Shown here piece after piece: positions 38,452 through 47,393 of a stretch of DNA of 64,000 nt (position 1 is its first letter; each line of letters begins with the position of its first letter). This stretch comes from Pseudomonadota bacterium (GTDB lineage: Bacteria > Desulfobacterota > Desulfovibrionia > Desulfovibrionales > Desulfovibrionaceae). Made by a program: the position numbers and the translations under genes. A model generated the notes under the pieces. The model was not told the origin of the DNA and did not search any database. It saw nothing but the letters and a program-made list of their open reading frames with translations. The stretch spans positions 3,311-67,310 of the forward strand of contig JBDRSO010000100.1 in assembly GCA_043824835.1 (NCBI GenBank), read 5' to 3'.

Positions 38452-39518
38452 TCCCCCCCTTCACGCGGGGTGCGCTCGATGCGGTAGGTCAGGAAAAACT
38501 GCCCAGCCAGCACGGTGAGCAGGATCATGCCCTCCATGATCACCCCGAAGGCGGCAGGAATCTGCAACTCAAGCTGGAGATTCTCCACCCCCACCCGCAG
38601 GGCCGCCAACAGGAACGCCCCAAAGGCGATGTTAAGCGGTTCGAGCCGGGCCAGCCAGGCCACCACGATGGCCGTGTAGCCGTAGCCCACCATAAGGCTG
38701 GGTTGCAGGCGGTTGAGCACGGCCGAGGTCTCGATGCACCCGGCCCACCCGGCAAAGCCGCCCGACAACCCCATGACGAACATGGTCAGCATGCCGTAGC
38801 GAATCTTGGCGTAGCGGGCCACGCGTGCGCCCTCGCCGCTGGCCTTGAGCTCGAACCCGAGGCGGGTGAAGCGCATGAAGGCCCACAGGCCGACACCCAC
38901 CACCGCGCAAAAAAGCAAGCCCCAATGGACCCGGCTTGAGCCGATGCCCCCGATGACCGCCCCGGAGGTGAACTCGGGCGTCATGGGAAAGCCGAAGCTG
39001 GTCGGATCCTTCCATGCGCCGAAGACGAGGTAGTCGAGCAGGAGGATGGCGATGTAGTTGAGCATCAGGGTCGAGATTATCTCGTTGACACGCAGCTTGA
39101 GCTTGAGCACGGCCGGGATGAAGGCCCAGGCTCCGCCCAGCAGGAAGGCCATGACGAACATGAGCGGCATCAGCCCGTACCAGGGCAGCCCGGGGAAGCT
39201 GAGCGCCATCCAGGTGGCCCCGATGGCCCCAAGGGCGAACTGACCCTCGGCCCCGATGTTCCATATCTGCATGCGAAAGGCCACGGCCACGCCAAGGGAG
39301 CACAGGAACAAGGGGATGGCCTTGAGCAACGCACCCTCAAGCGCCCAGAGATTGCCGAAGCTCCCTTCCCAGAGGATGAACATCCCGTGCAGGGCGTCCT
39401 TGCCCTGCCCAACCAGGAGCAGGCCGCTCACGACCAGCGAAAAGAGCAGGGCGCCCAGGAAAATGACCAGGGCGCCCCACTTCCAGGGTTCATCTCGTTT
39501 TCGTATTTTCAGTGCCAT
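38448..39518 (-). CDS. ABC transporter permease (BPD_transp_2 type)
   Basis: Polytopic membrane protein, second gene of the operon. Confidence 0.85.
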   Translation of the reverse strand: MALKIRKRDEPWKWGALVIFLGALLFSLVVSGLLLVGQGKDALHGMFILWEGSFGNLWALEGALLKAIPLFLCSLGVAVAFRMQIWNIGAEGQFALGAIGATWMALSFPGLPWYGLMPLMFVMAFLLGGAWAFIPAVLKLKLRVNEIISTLMLNYIAILLLDYLVFGAWKDPTSFGFPMTPEFTSGAVIGGIGSSRVHWGLLFCAVVGVGLWAFMRFTRLGFELKASGEGARVARYAKIRYGMLTMFVMGLSGGFAGWAGCIETSAVLNRLQPSLMVGYGYTAIVVAWLARLEPLNIAFGAFLLAALRVGVENLQLELQIPAAFGVIMEGMILLTVLAGQFFLTYRIERTPREGGE

Positions 39519-39530
39519 CTGCCCGAGACT

Positions 39531-40724
39531 TTACTCGGCCGAACCGACGACGCCTTCCACAAACCAGGTCATGCCGAGCATTTCCCCGTCGGTCATGGAG
39601 GTTCCCTCGGGCACGGCGATCTCGCCCTGCTGGTTCTTGATGGGACCGGCGAACACGGTGTCAACGCCATTCAGCATTTCGTCACGCTTGGCGAGCACCT
39701 GGGACTTGACGTCCTCGGGGACCATCGGACCCATGGGCGCGATGTCCACCACGCCGTCCTGCATGGACCACCACAGAGCCTGATCACCCTGCCAGGAGCC
39801 ATCGCGGACCTGCTCCACGGTCTTGACGTACATGGGAGCCCAGTTCCACATGGCCGAGGTCAGGTGCGCCCTGGGGGCAAAGGAGGACATGTCGGAATTG
39901 TAGCCCACGGAGTAGGCACCGGCCTCCTGGGCGGCCTCCTGCGGGGCCGGGGAGTCCTGATGCTGGGCGATGACGTCGCAGCCAGCGTCGAGCAGGCTCT
40001 TGGCGGCGTCCTTTTCCAGAGCCGGGTCATACCAGGTCTTGGTCCAGACCACGCGCACCTCGGCCTCGGGGTTGGACTCGCGCACACCCAGGGTGAATGC
40101 GTTGATGCCGCGAATGACCTCGGGGATGGGGAAGGCGGCCACGTAGCCGAGCTTGTTGGACTTGGTCATGGCGCCCGCCACCAGACCGGTCAGGTAGCGC
40201 GCCTGATAGATGCGGCCGAAGTAGTTGTTGACGTTCTCGGACTTCTTGAAGCCGGAGCAGTGCATGAACCGAACGCCGGGGAACTCCTTGGCCACCTTGA
40301 TGGTCGGGTCCATGTAGCCGAAGCTGGTGGTGAAAATGATGTCGAAATCCTTGCGGGCCATGTTGCGGATGACTCGCTCGGAGTCGGCGCCCTCGGGCAC
40401 GGACTCGACGTAGGAGGTGGTGACGAAGTCAAGCGCGTCCACGGCCTTACGGCCCAGGTCGTGGGCGTAAGAGTAGCCCGCGTCGCCCACGGGCGAGACA
40501 TAGACGAACCCGACCTTGACGGTCTTCTCCTCGGCCGGGGTGGCTTCCCCAGATGTCTCCGAGGTCGCCTCGGGGGACGCCTCGCCGGGGGCTTCAGTTG
40601 TCGCCTCGGACTGGGCGGCGGGAGCCTCGGCCTTCTCCTCGGGAGCCTCGGCACAGGCGAACAGGGACAGCATCAGCGCCAGCGAAACGGCAGATGCGGC
40701 GAACAGTTTCATCATTTTTTTCAT
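39531..40724 (-). CDS. BMP-family (PnrA-like) nucleoside-binding lipoprotein
   Basis: Signal peptide and lipobox LSLFAC-A, an acidic Ala/Pro/Glu/Thr linker, then a BMP core (VGFVYVSPVGDAGYSY...). Trimmed to ATG 40724 with GGAGAG as SD. Confidence 0.85.
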   Translation of the reverse strand: MKKMMKLFAASAVSLALMLSLFACAEAPEEKAEAPAAQSEATTEAPGEASPEATSETSGEATPAEEKTVKVGFVYVSPVGDAGYSYAHDLGRKAVDALDFVTTSYVESVPEGADSERVIRNMARKDFDIIFTTSFGYMDPTIKVAKEFPGVRFMHCSGFKKSENVNNYFGRIYQARYLTGLVAGAMTKSNKLGYVAAFPIPEVIRGINAFTLGVRESNPEAEVRVVWTKTWYDPALEKDAAKSLLDAGCDVIAQHQDSPAPQEAAQEAGAYSVGYNSDMSSFAPRAHLTSAMWNWAPMYVKTVEQVRDGSWQGDQALWWSMQDGVVDIAPMGPMVPEDVKSQVLAKRDEMLNGVDTVFAGPIKNQQGEIAVPEGTSMTDGEMLGMTWFVEGVVGSAE

Positions 40725-40816
40725 CGTGGACCTCTCCATGTGCGTTTGTATCAACTGCCAATATCCCAGCATGCCTTTATGGGCAACACCCACTTCCATG
40801 AAGCGAGTTTCATCAC

Positions 40817-40822
40817 ATTATA
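40817..40822 (-). promoter_or_regulatory. Perfect TATAAT -10 box upstream of the BMP/ABC operon
   Basis: The minus strand reads gtatTATAATgtg. The -35 is weak (TCGCAA). It would give a leader of roughly 90 nt. Confidence 0.35.
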
Positions 40823-40848
40823 ATACTTGAACAACAATTTTTGCGACC

Positions 40849-41331
40849 CTACTCGGAAACTTGGATGATGGGCTGGACAAACTGGGAGCCCGCGTCCCAC
40901 GGGAAGAGTATCCAGGTGTCCTGACTGACCTCTGTGATATAGGTATCGACCAAGGGCCGTCCGGCGGGCTTGGCGTAGACCGTGGCAAAATGGGCGCCGG
41001 GCACCATGTCCCGCGCGATCTTGGCGGTTCTACCCGTGTCCACGAGATCGTCGATGAGCAGCCATCCCTCGCCGTCGTTGTCCACGGACTTGAGCACGGT
41101 GGCGCTCCCCTGCTCCTTCCAGTCATAGCTGGAGAGACAAATGGTATCGATGAGGCGGATATCAAGCTCCCGGGCGATGATGGCCGCAGGCACGAGACCG
41201 CCGCGAGTGATGGCGATGATTCCCTTCCATGGCCCCTTCTCCATCAACCGCCACGACAGGGCGCGACAGTCGCGCTGCAACTGTTCCCAGGAAACGGGGT
41301 ACATCTTCTGGTAGCGGCTCTGGTCACCCAT
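40849..41331 (-). CDS. gpt: Xanthine-guanine phosphoribosyltransferase
   Basis: YxVSWxQLxxDxRxL ... [18 protein letters not shown] ... [17 protein letters not shown]-binding motif. Trimmed to [11 protein letters not shown]. Confidence 0.88.
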   Translation of the reverse strand: MGDQSRYQKMYPVSWEQLQRDCRALSWRLMEKGPWKGIIAITRGGLVPAAIIARELDIRLIDTICLSSYDWKEQGSATVLKSVDNDGEGWLLIDDLVDTGRTAKIARDMVPGAHFATVYAKPAGRPLVDTYITEVSQDTWILFPWDAGSQFVQPIIQVSE

Positions 41332-41473
41332 GACGGTCGATCTCCTGGCTTTTCCCCAAGGGGGAGGAACGGAAGAACCGTGCATTTACCCTTGTTCGAC
41401 CGATTAATCAAGAGCCCATGACAGGCCCATCCAGGCTAAGACAAAACCCATTTTTTCGGCGTGATGGCCATGC

Positions 41474-42436
41474 TCACGCCTCTCCGGCCAGCGCCTCATC
41501 CGCCAGCCATTGCATGCCAAAGGCCGCCGCGCCGTAGAGGCCGCTCCTGTCGTCGGCATTGAGCAGCACCGGCACCGAGCGCAGAAAGTCGGCATGGGTG
41601 GCGCAGTTGCGAAATTCGTCAAGGAATTCCGGGATAGTGACGAGCATGGGATTCCTTGCAGCGACGCCCCCGCTGACCACCAGCCCGCCCCGGGGCATGA
41701 TCGCCAAGGCCCAGTTGCGGCACGCCCGGCCGTAGAACCGGGCGAACCATTTGGCCGTGGGGCTCTCGGAGGTGATGGCTGCGGAAATGTCCGCAGGAGA
41801 CAGCCACTGGCCCGTGAGGTGGGCATGGAGCAGACGCAGCCCCGGGCCGGAGACCACGACATCTCCCTCGGCACTGGCGCGCCCGGTCTCGCGGCGCACG
41901 AACGCCTCGAATCCGACCTCGTCCGAGCCGGTGAAGGGGAAGGCCATGTGTCCCGCCTCGGACGACAGGGCGATCCATCGCCCCCGGTCAGAAATCAGCG
42001 CGGAATGCCCGAGCCCGGTACCCGCGCCGATGACGCCGATCACTGGACCCGCTTCGCCCCTGCCTGGCTGAAGAGTCCGCGCCCCGTCCATGACCCGGGT
42101 GTGGCAGGCGTGGGCCTGGGCAGCGAAGTCGTTGATCAGGCAGGCCCGGCGGGCGTCCAGATATGCATCGCCCAAATCCACGGTCCAGGGAACATTGGGC
42201 AGCCGGGATCTTGTCCCGCCCGTCACCGGCCCGGCCACGGCCAGCACGGCCGCATCGAAGCCGTGCTCAAAGGGGAAGCCGCTGTCGCGAAGCTGGTCGA
42301 GCAGGTGGACAAAGGACGTCGCAGCGCGAGTGTCGAGCCAGCGGGAGTCCTCCATGTCAAGGGGGCCGCCCGTCGTCTCGAAGACCGCGAATCTGCTGTG
42401 CGTGCCGCCGATGTCGGCGGCCAGAATCCTTGCCAT
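41474..42436 (-). CDS. glk: Glucokinase (Glk family)
   Basis: ILAADIGGTHSRFAV ATP-binding motif and a GGV...N C-terminal pattern. Trimmed to MARILAAD. Confidence 0.8.
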   Translation of the reverse strand: MARILAADIGGTHSRFAVFETTGGPLDMEDSRWLDTRAATSFVHLLDQLRDSGFPFEHGFDAAVLAVAGPVTGGTRSRLPNVPWTVDLGDAYLDARRACLINDFAAQAHACHTRVMDGARTLQPGRGEAGPVIGVIGAGTGLGHSALISDRGRWIALSSEAGHMAFPFTGSDEVGFEAFVRRETGRASAEGDVVVSGPGLRLLHAHLTGQWLSPADISAAITSESPTAKWFARFYGRACRNWALAIMPRGGLVVSGGVAARNPMLVTIPEFLDEFRNCATHADFLRSVPVLLNADDRSGLYGAAAFGMQWLADEALAGEA

Positions 42437-42542
42437 GTCCAGCCCTCCGTCTTGGAGGCAACCTAGCACAATCGGGCGCGAAAGCCAGCCCAACTGGCCG
42501 GTCACCAACAAAATCGGCCCCTCCCTGACGCCCGAAACAGAC

Positions 42543-42603
42543 GAATCCGCCCAGAGGCGGATTCATGCATCGCGATGCGTTCTGCGACCGGGCGCTCCCG
42601 GTC
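42543..42603 (-). terminator. Cluster of three hairpins downstream of motA
   Basis: gaccggg/cgct/cccggtc (42586-42603); palindrome gcatcgcgatgc (42567-42578); and a 9-bp gaatccgcc/caga/ggcggattc (42543-42564) followed on the minus strand by a T-rich stretch. Confidence 0.55.
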
Positions 42604-42622
42604 GTGGAATGAAGATTGCGGG

Positions 42623-43507
42623 CTATGCGACCCGGCCCGCCTCGACACTGGCTTCGACCCGCGCTTCATCGGGCGCGACGAGATCTTCGAGGTCAAGGGG
42701 GCTGTTGCGCTTTTCCACATACTTGCGGGTGATGCGGCGCAGGGTCTCGGTCTTGCCCTCGCGCTCGCTGGGGCTGAGGAATGAAGCCAGCTTGCGCTCC
42801 AGCTTGTAGGAATTCTGCTCCTTGCTGATGGCCACGATGCCTTCAAGGACGAGCTTCTGGTTCAAAAGCTCCACTCGCGTCGAATAGTTGATGTTTTCCG
42901 CGATGGGCGAAAAAACGAGGTTGCTCAGGACCAGACCATAGAGGGTGGAGATGAAGGCCACTGGGATGTTCTTGAGGATCACGGCCGTGTCGTTGATGCC
43001 CATGAGCAGGCCGATGAGGCCGATGACGCTGCCCGCCACGCCAAAGGCCGGGGCCATGCGCGCCATGGTCTGGAAAAAACGCTCGCTCTGCTGGCGGCGC
43101 AGGTTGAAGAAGGCCATCTCGGCGTTGAGGGTCTCGCGGATTTCCTCCTCTTTATAATTGTCCACCAGGAGAATCAGGCCGTTTCTCAGGAACGAGCTGG
43201 TGGCCTTGGCCTCGTTGCGCTCCAGCGAGAGCAGGCCGTCCACCTTGCTCTTGACAGAGAGGTCAAGCAAGGTGTTGACGATCTCCTCTGAGGTGGCGTG
43301 GCCGTTGGTATAGGCATTCTTGGCCACTCTGAAGGCGTTGCGGATGTGGGCCGTCGGATAACTGACAAGCATGGCCGCGCACAGGCCGGAAACGACCACC
43401 AGGAAGGCGGCCAGATTCCAGTAGGCCGAGGCGGCACCTGTCAGCAGGAAGCTGCCCACAAAGAGCAACAGGCTGAGGATCACGCCGATGAGATTTTTCC
43501 TGTTCAT
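42623..43507 (-). CDS. motA: MotA/PomA-type stator proton-channel protein
   Basis: 2+2 TM topology with a roughly 110-aa cytoplasmic loop. The TM3-TM4 MotA_ExbB signature is APAFGVAGSVIGLI...LYGLVLSNLVFSPIA. Confidence 0.85.
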   Translation of the reverse strand: MNRKNLIGVILSLLLFVGSFLLTGAASAYWNLAAFLVVVSGLCAAMLVSYPTAHIRNAFRVAKNAYTNGHATSEEIVNTLLDLSVKSKVDGLLSLERNEAKATSSFLRNGLILLVDNYKEEEIRETLNAEMAFFNLRRQQSERFFQTMARMAPAFGVAGSVIGLIGLLMGINDTAVILKNIPVAFISTLYGLVLSNLVFSPIAENINYSTRVELLNQKLVLEGIVAISKEQNSYKLERKLASFLSPSEREGKTETLRRITRKYVEKRNSPLDLEDLVAPDEARVEASVEAGRVA

Positions 43508-43524
43508 GCCATCCTCCGACCGGT

Positions 43525-44253
43525 TCAGATTTCGTTGGTGATGAGAATTTCCACGCGCCTGTTCATGGCCTGATTGCCCGCACTCGTCCCTGGCAGCTCG
43601 GGGTGCAGCGAGCCTCTGCCGATGATGGTCACCCGCCTCGGGTCCGCGCCGAACCGGTTCATGAGCAGATCCGCCACCCCGGCCGCGCGGCCTGTGGACA
43701 GGGTAAAGCCGCCCATGGCGTCGCCGTCCGTCTCGTCCTCGGAGGCATGGCCAAGCACATGGACCATGCCCACGCTCAGACGGACAACATCTGATATTTC
43801 CTGAAGATACTCATCAGCCTCTGGTCTGAGGCCCTGCTCCCCGGCGGTGAAGAAGAGATCGCCGCGCAGGCTGACGCGCACACGGCCCGCCCCCTCGCGG
43901 ATCACGGTCACTCCGTCGGAGCGGGAGCGATACAGCACCTGGTTGTCGGCCATGAGCACCGTATCCCGCGAGCCAAGGGAATCGGCCCGGCTCGACAACT
44001 GGCCGATGAGCCCAATGAGCGGATCAAGGGCACCCGTGTCCCGGGCCTCATCCGCGCTCTGTCGGCTGAACAGCACCCGCACGTCCTGGTGGGTGCTGGC
44101 ATAAATGAACAGCACCACGAAGAGCACGAACATGACCATCATCAGGTCGGCCCAGGGCACGGCCCAATCGTTCACGCCCGAGGCGCGAGGCGCTCCCTCG
44201 ATCTGCTCGAAGGAGGAAAATCCCTTGGTGAAGTTGGCGTCAATGTCTCGCAT
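43525..44253 (-). CDS. motB: MotB/OmpA-type stator peptidoglycan-anchoring protein
   Basis: The TM helix carries the conserved Asp (PWADLMMVMFVLF). The C-terminus is OmpA-like (LSTGRA...NRRVEILI). ATG 44253 is preferred because AGGAGA lies upstream. The track start is 44268. Confidence 0.85.
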   Translation of the reverse strand: MRDIDANFTKGFSSFEQIEGAPRASGVNDWAVPWADLMMVMFVLFVVLFIYASTHQDVRVLFSRQSADEARDTGALDPLIGLIGQLSSRADSLGSRDTVLMADNQVLYRSRSDGVTVIREGAGRVRVSLRGDLFFTAGEQGLRPEADEYLQEISDVVRLSVGMVHVLGHASEDETDGDAMGGFTLSTGRAAGVADLLMNRFGADPRRVTIIGRGSLHPELPGTSAGNQAMNRRVEILITNEI

Positions 44254-44300
44254 GGTTCTCCTGCGCATGGTCTGCCGCGCTTGGTGCGCACACGTGGCAA

Positions 44301-44316
44301 AGCAAGAACCACGCCA
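44301..44316 (-). promoter_or_regulatory. Sigma-54 (-24/-12) promoter candidate for motB-motA
   Basis: The minus strand reads TGGCGTGGTTCTTGCT, against the consensus TGGCACGrNNNTTGCW. The GG and GC dinucleotides are correctly spaced. The site lies about 35-50 nt upstream of the motB start. Confidence 0.5.
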
Positions 44317-44509
44317 CGTTCACAACCATTCGGAATAGCGACACTCCGCACCCAAGCTGTCGCGGCATCGCCCGCCATCCCGCGCCAAGTGGCAGAATTC
44401 CGTCGCCCTGGCAGCCGTAGCTTGTCGTTACCCTGGCACACTCCCCCGACACGCCGCTTCGGCTTCCCGATTGACTCGCCGCCGGTTCTGGGCCAGTTTC
44501 AGGCCCATC

Positions 44510-45127
44510 ATGACACAGCACACTCCCGGTCCCTTCACATCCCCTGTTCCTATTGTCCTCGCCTCGGCCTCCCCCCGAAGGCGCGAGCTACTGGCCGATC
44601 TCGGCCTCGATTTCGAGGTGTTGCCCAGCCGGGCCGAGGAACCCGCCCCCCTGCCCGGAGAAGGACCGGCCGATTACGCGACGCGCATGGCACAGATGAA
44701 GACAATGGAGGTGGCCGAGCGCCATCCGGGTCGCACCGTGCTCGGCGCGGACACCATCGTGGTCCTTGATGATTGGATCATGGGCAAGCCAGCCGACCCT
44801 GACGCGGCCCTGGCCATGCTCACCGCCCTCTCGGGCCGGACCCATCAGGTGATCAGCGCCTTTTGCCTGACGGCCCCCGGCCACGACGCCCTCACCCGCG
44901 CCGTGACCACCGACGTGGACATGCGCGTCTCCACCGAAGCCGAGTTGCGCGCCTACATCGCCACAGGCGAGCCCATGGACAAGGCCGGAGCCTACGCCAT
45001 CCAAGGCGTGGGCACCTTCCTGGTCACAGCCATCAGGGGGTCATATACCAACGTGGTAGGATTGCCCGTGGCCCGGGTGCTGGAGGCGCTTATCAAGCGG
45101 GGGCTCGCCCAGCCCAGAAAAATGTGA
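44510..45127 (+). CDS. maf: Maf-family nucleoside triphosphate pyrophosphatase
   Basis: LASASPRRRELL...GADTIV...YAIQG motifs. Trimmed to MTQHTPGP. Confidence 0.9.
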   Translation: MTQHTPGPFTSPVPIVLASASPRRRELLADLGLDFEVLPSRAEEPAPLPGEGPADYATRMAQMKTMEVAERHPGRTVLGADTIVVLDDWIMGKPADPDAALAMLTALSGRTHQVISAFCLTAPGHDALTRAVTTDVDMRVSTEAELRAYIATGEPMDKAGAYAIQGVGTFLVTAIRGSYTNVVGLPVARVLEALIKRGLAQPRKM

Positions 45128-45128
45128 A

Positions 45129-45163
45129 GGGCCCGGATTCCGATGAGTTCGAGAACCCGGCCC
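45129..45163. terminator. Imperfect hairpin between convergent maf and fkbM-like genes
   Basis: gggcccggattc / loop / gaacccggccc. About 10 bp, with one bulge and one mismatch. Confidence 0.45.
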
Positions 45164-45169
45164 AGCCCC

Positions 45170-46285
45170 TCACTTCCCTGATGGACAAGCGTAGAGGATA
45201 GTCTCGTGCAGGGCCGCATGATGGTGGCCGACATAATAGGTGTAGTCGCTTGATATTTCGCTGATCAGCCTGGGCAGGTGATAGAGGTCCCTTGGCGTGT
45301 GGTAGAGGGATATGGCCAGTTTCGGCGTGAATTTGCCTATGGTACCCATGGCCCCCTTGATGGCTTCGGCCTCGGCGCCCTCCACGTCGAGCTTGATCAG
45401 GTCCACCCGCTTGAGGCGGCTGGCCTTGACGAACTCGTCAACAGAGATCACCTCGCATTGTACGGAGCCCTGGCCGCCACCGCTTGACACATGCGTGCCC
45501 TGGCCCGCCAAGTTGAAATACAGGGTCTCCTTCCGGCTCCACAGCCCCAGGGGAACGACCTTGTAGTTGGGGCATTTCTCACCAAGGGCGTCGTTGGCCT
45601 TGCAGAATCCCACGGGATCGGGCTCAAAGCCGAAAATCCTTCCCTGCTCGCCCACGGCCGTGGAAAACTGGAACTGCGCGCCGACAGATTCGGACACGCC
45701 GCCGTCGATGACGATGTCGCCCTCTTCCGGCCTGACCCTGGGGTGGAAATACTCGGGGAACTCGGAAACCTTCAGGTAGCCCACATTGCCGGTCTCCACG
45801 GCCCGAATCCGCGCCGCGAACACCTCCCGGCTCTTCTCGTCTTCGAGTTGGTCGAACACGAATTCCAGAGGCTCCTTATTGTCATTGAAATAATTGGGAA
45901 TGTGTGTCGTGGAGATGGCCGCGTTGTAGGGAATCGGCATGAAGTTGAAGAATGAGTCGTAGCCAGCCCGGTCCAGGACTTTGGCGCAGCATGCAAGCAC
46001 CCCGTATTCATATGTATGGTGAAAATGCACGATGTCAAAGGAGACCTTGTCTGACAGCTCCCTAAGGGGGAATATCTTGATCGGCTGGCCGCTCCTGTCG
46101 GCTCCGGTCTCGCCCGGCAGGTTCTGTTTGTGATCGACCACGAATACCCCTCGGGCGTTTTGCATCAGGGAATCCGGGATGTGATCAATGGCCGAGGCGC
46201 GGCAGACGATGGCCAGATTGTGGCTGTTCGGGAAGGAGTTTGGCCGCAAAAGCGGCGATTTCTTGATGTATTCCAGAAGTCCCAT
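45170..46285 (-). CDS. FkbM-family SAM-dependent methyltransferase with an uncharacterised N-terminal domain
   Basis: C-terminal FkbM pattern: VIDGG...FGFEP...LKRVDLIKLDVEGAEAEAIKG. ATG 46285 is preferred because GAGGAG lies 5 nt upstream. Codon GC3 looks visibly lower than in the neighbours. Confidence 0.8.
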   Translation of the reverse strand: MGLLEYIKKSPLLRPNSFPNSHNLAIVCRASAIDHIPDSLMQNARGVFVVDHKQNLPGETGADRSGQPIKIFPLRELSDKVSFDIVHFHHTYEYGVLACCAKVLDRAGYDSFFNFMPIPYNAAISTTHIPNYFNDNKEPLEFVFDQLEDEKSREVFAARIRAVETGNVGYLKVSEFPEYFHPRVRPEEGDIVIDGGVSESVGAQFQFSTAVGEQGRIFGFEPDPVGFCKANDALGEKCPNYKVVPLGLWSRKETLYFNLAGQGTHVSSGGGQGSVQCEVISVDEFVKASRLKRVDLIKLDVEGAEAEAIKGAMGTIGKFTPKLAISLYHTPRDLYHLPRLISEISSDYTYYVGHHHAALHETILYACPSGK

Positions 46286-46440
46286 GACATCTCCTCGATT
46301 CATTGTGATAACCGCCATGCCGCTGCCAAACGCCCGTCCTGACCACGCAAGGCTCCATCGCCCATGGCGGTCATGAGCTATCCCGATACCCGAGCCGGGG
46401 AATTATCTCAACGAAAAATTCCCCGAGCCCCGTCGGACCG

Positions 46441-47058
46441 CTATTTTTCGCTCACCGCCAGCAAGCCCCCGGCACAGAAGAGGATCACGGCGGTGACTCG
46501 GTTCTGGAGCCGGGTCAGGCATCGCTCGCGCAGCCAGCGGAAGGTTCGGGCACCGAACAGGGCATAGGCCACGGCGCTGCTGCCCTGGATGACGAAGAAG
46601 CTCGCCGCCAGGATGAGGAAATGCCCGGTGTAGTGGGCCGGATCGATGAACTGCGGAAAGAGTACGGTAAAGACCAGAATCGACTTGGGGTTGGACATGC
46701 CGGTGGCATAGCCGAGGCAGAACAATCGCAGCAGGGGTGTGGTCGGCCTCGCCTCGACCCATACGGCGTCCACGGGCGGCTGCCGCCAGTTCCTGACGGC
46801 GAGAAGCACGAGATACGCCACGCCGACCCACTTGATGACATTGAAGACCATGCTCGACCCCTGGACCACCACGCCAAGGCCAAGATAGACGATGACCATC
46901 TGCGTGACATAGGCGCACGAGCCGCCAGCGATGGCTGGCAGCGTCCGCGCAAACCCGTTGCGCACGCTCGACGACATGGAAAACATGGTCATGGGCCCGG
47001 GCGTGTAGGCGATGGCGGTCATGAGCAGGAAATAGGCGAACCACGTATTGAAAGCCAT
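46441..47058 (-). CDS. LysE/RhtB-family amino acid exporter
   Basis: 205 aa, six TM helices, N-terminal pattern FxxxFLLMTAIAYTPGP. Confidence 0.85.
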   Translation of the reverse strand: MAFNTWFAYFLLMTAIAYTPGPMTMFSMSSSVRNGFARTLPAIAGGSCAYVTQMVIVYLGLGVVVQGSSMVFNVIKWVGVAYLVLLAVRNWRQPPVDAVWVEARPTTPLLRLFCLGYATGMSNPKSILVFTVLFPQFIDPAHYTGHFLILAASFFVIQGSSAVAYALFGARTFRWLRERCLTRLQNRVTAVILFCAGGLLAVSEK

Positions 47059-47393
47059 GTCGGCCCCTCGCTGAATCGGTGATGACAGCCATGGACCCTA
47101 ATCCACTCCCCGGACGGTGTAAATACGGCCGCCCGCCGGGATGCTTTTTTCCCCCAGCCTTCCGCGAATTGTCGCCCGGCAGCGGAAAGAAGGCCCATCA
47201 AAGGACACGACCCAAGAGGCCAAACGCTTCGCCTCTCGGCAACGCCTTTCGATGGCGTCCCTTGCACACAAGATCGAATGATTTGGAGCACATCCATTTC
47301 CTATTGTACAGTTGCGACACATGCGTGTACACAGGGTGGCGACACTGCGTGACGACACGGCGACGGTGAGCATCCCTCAAAGAGAGCACGAGA

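Noticed and set aside
40725-40816. Purine riboswitch in the leader of the nucleoside ABC operon (GGGATATTGGCAG resembles the L2 region)
   Set aside because: The conserved junction sequences (J2/3 UUUCUACC, J3/1 ACUAUG) and the three-way junction pairing are absent, as far as I can judge by eye. An Rfam scan would settle it.
42623-44268. MotA/MotB-like pair as a Zorya-type anti-phage system
   Set aside because: MotA is of normal stator length (294 aa) without the long ZorA tail. No ZorC/ZorD-like or other defence genes are adjacent.
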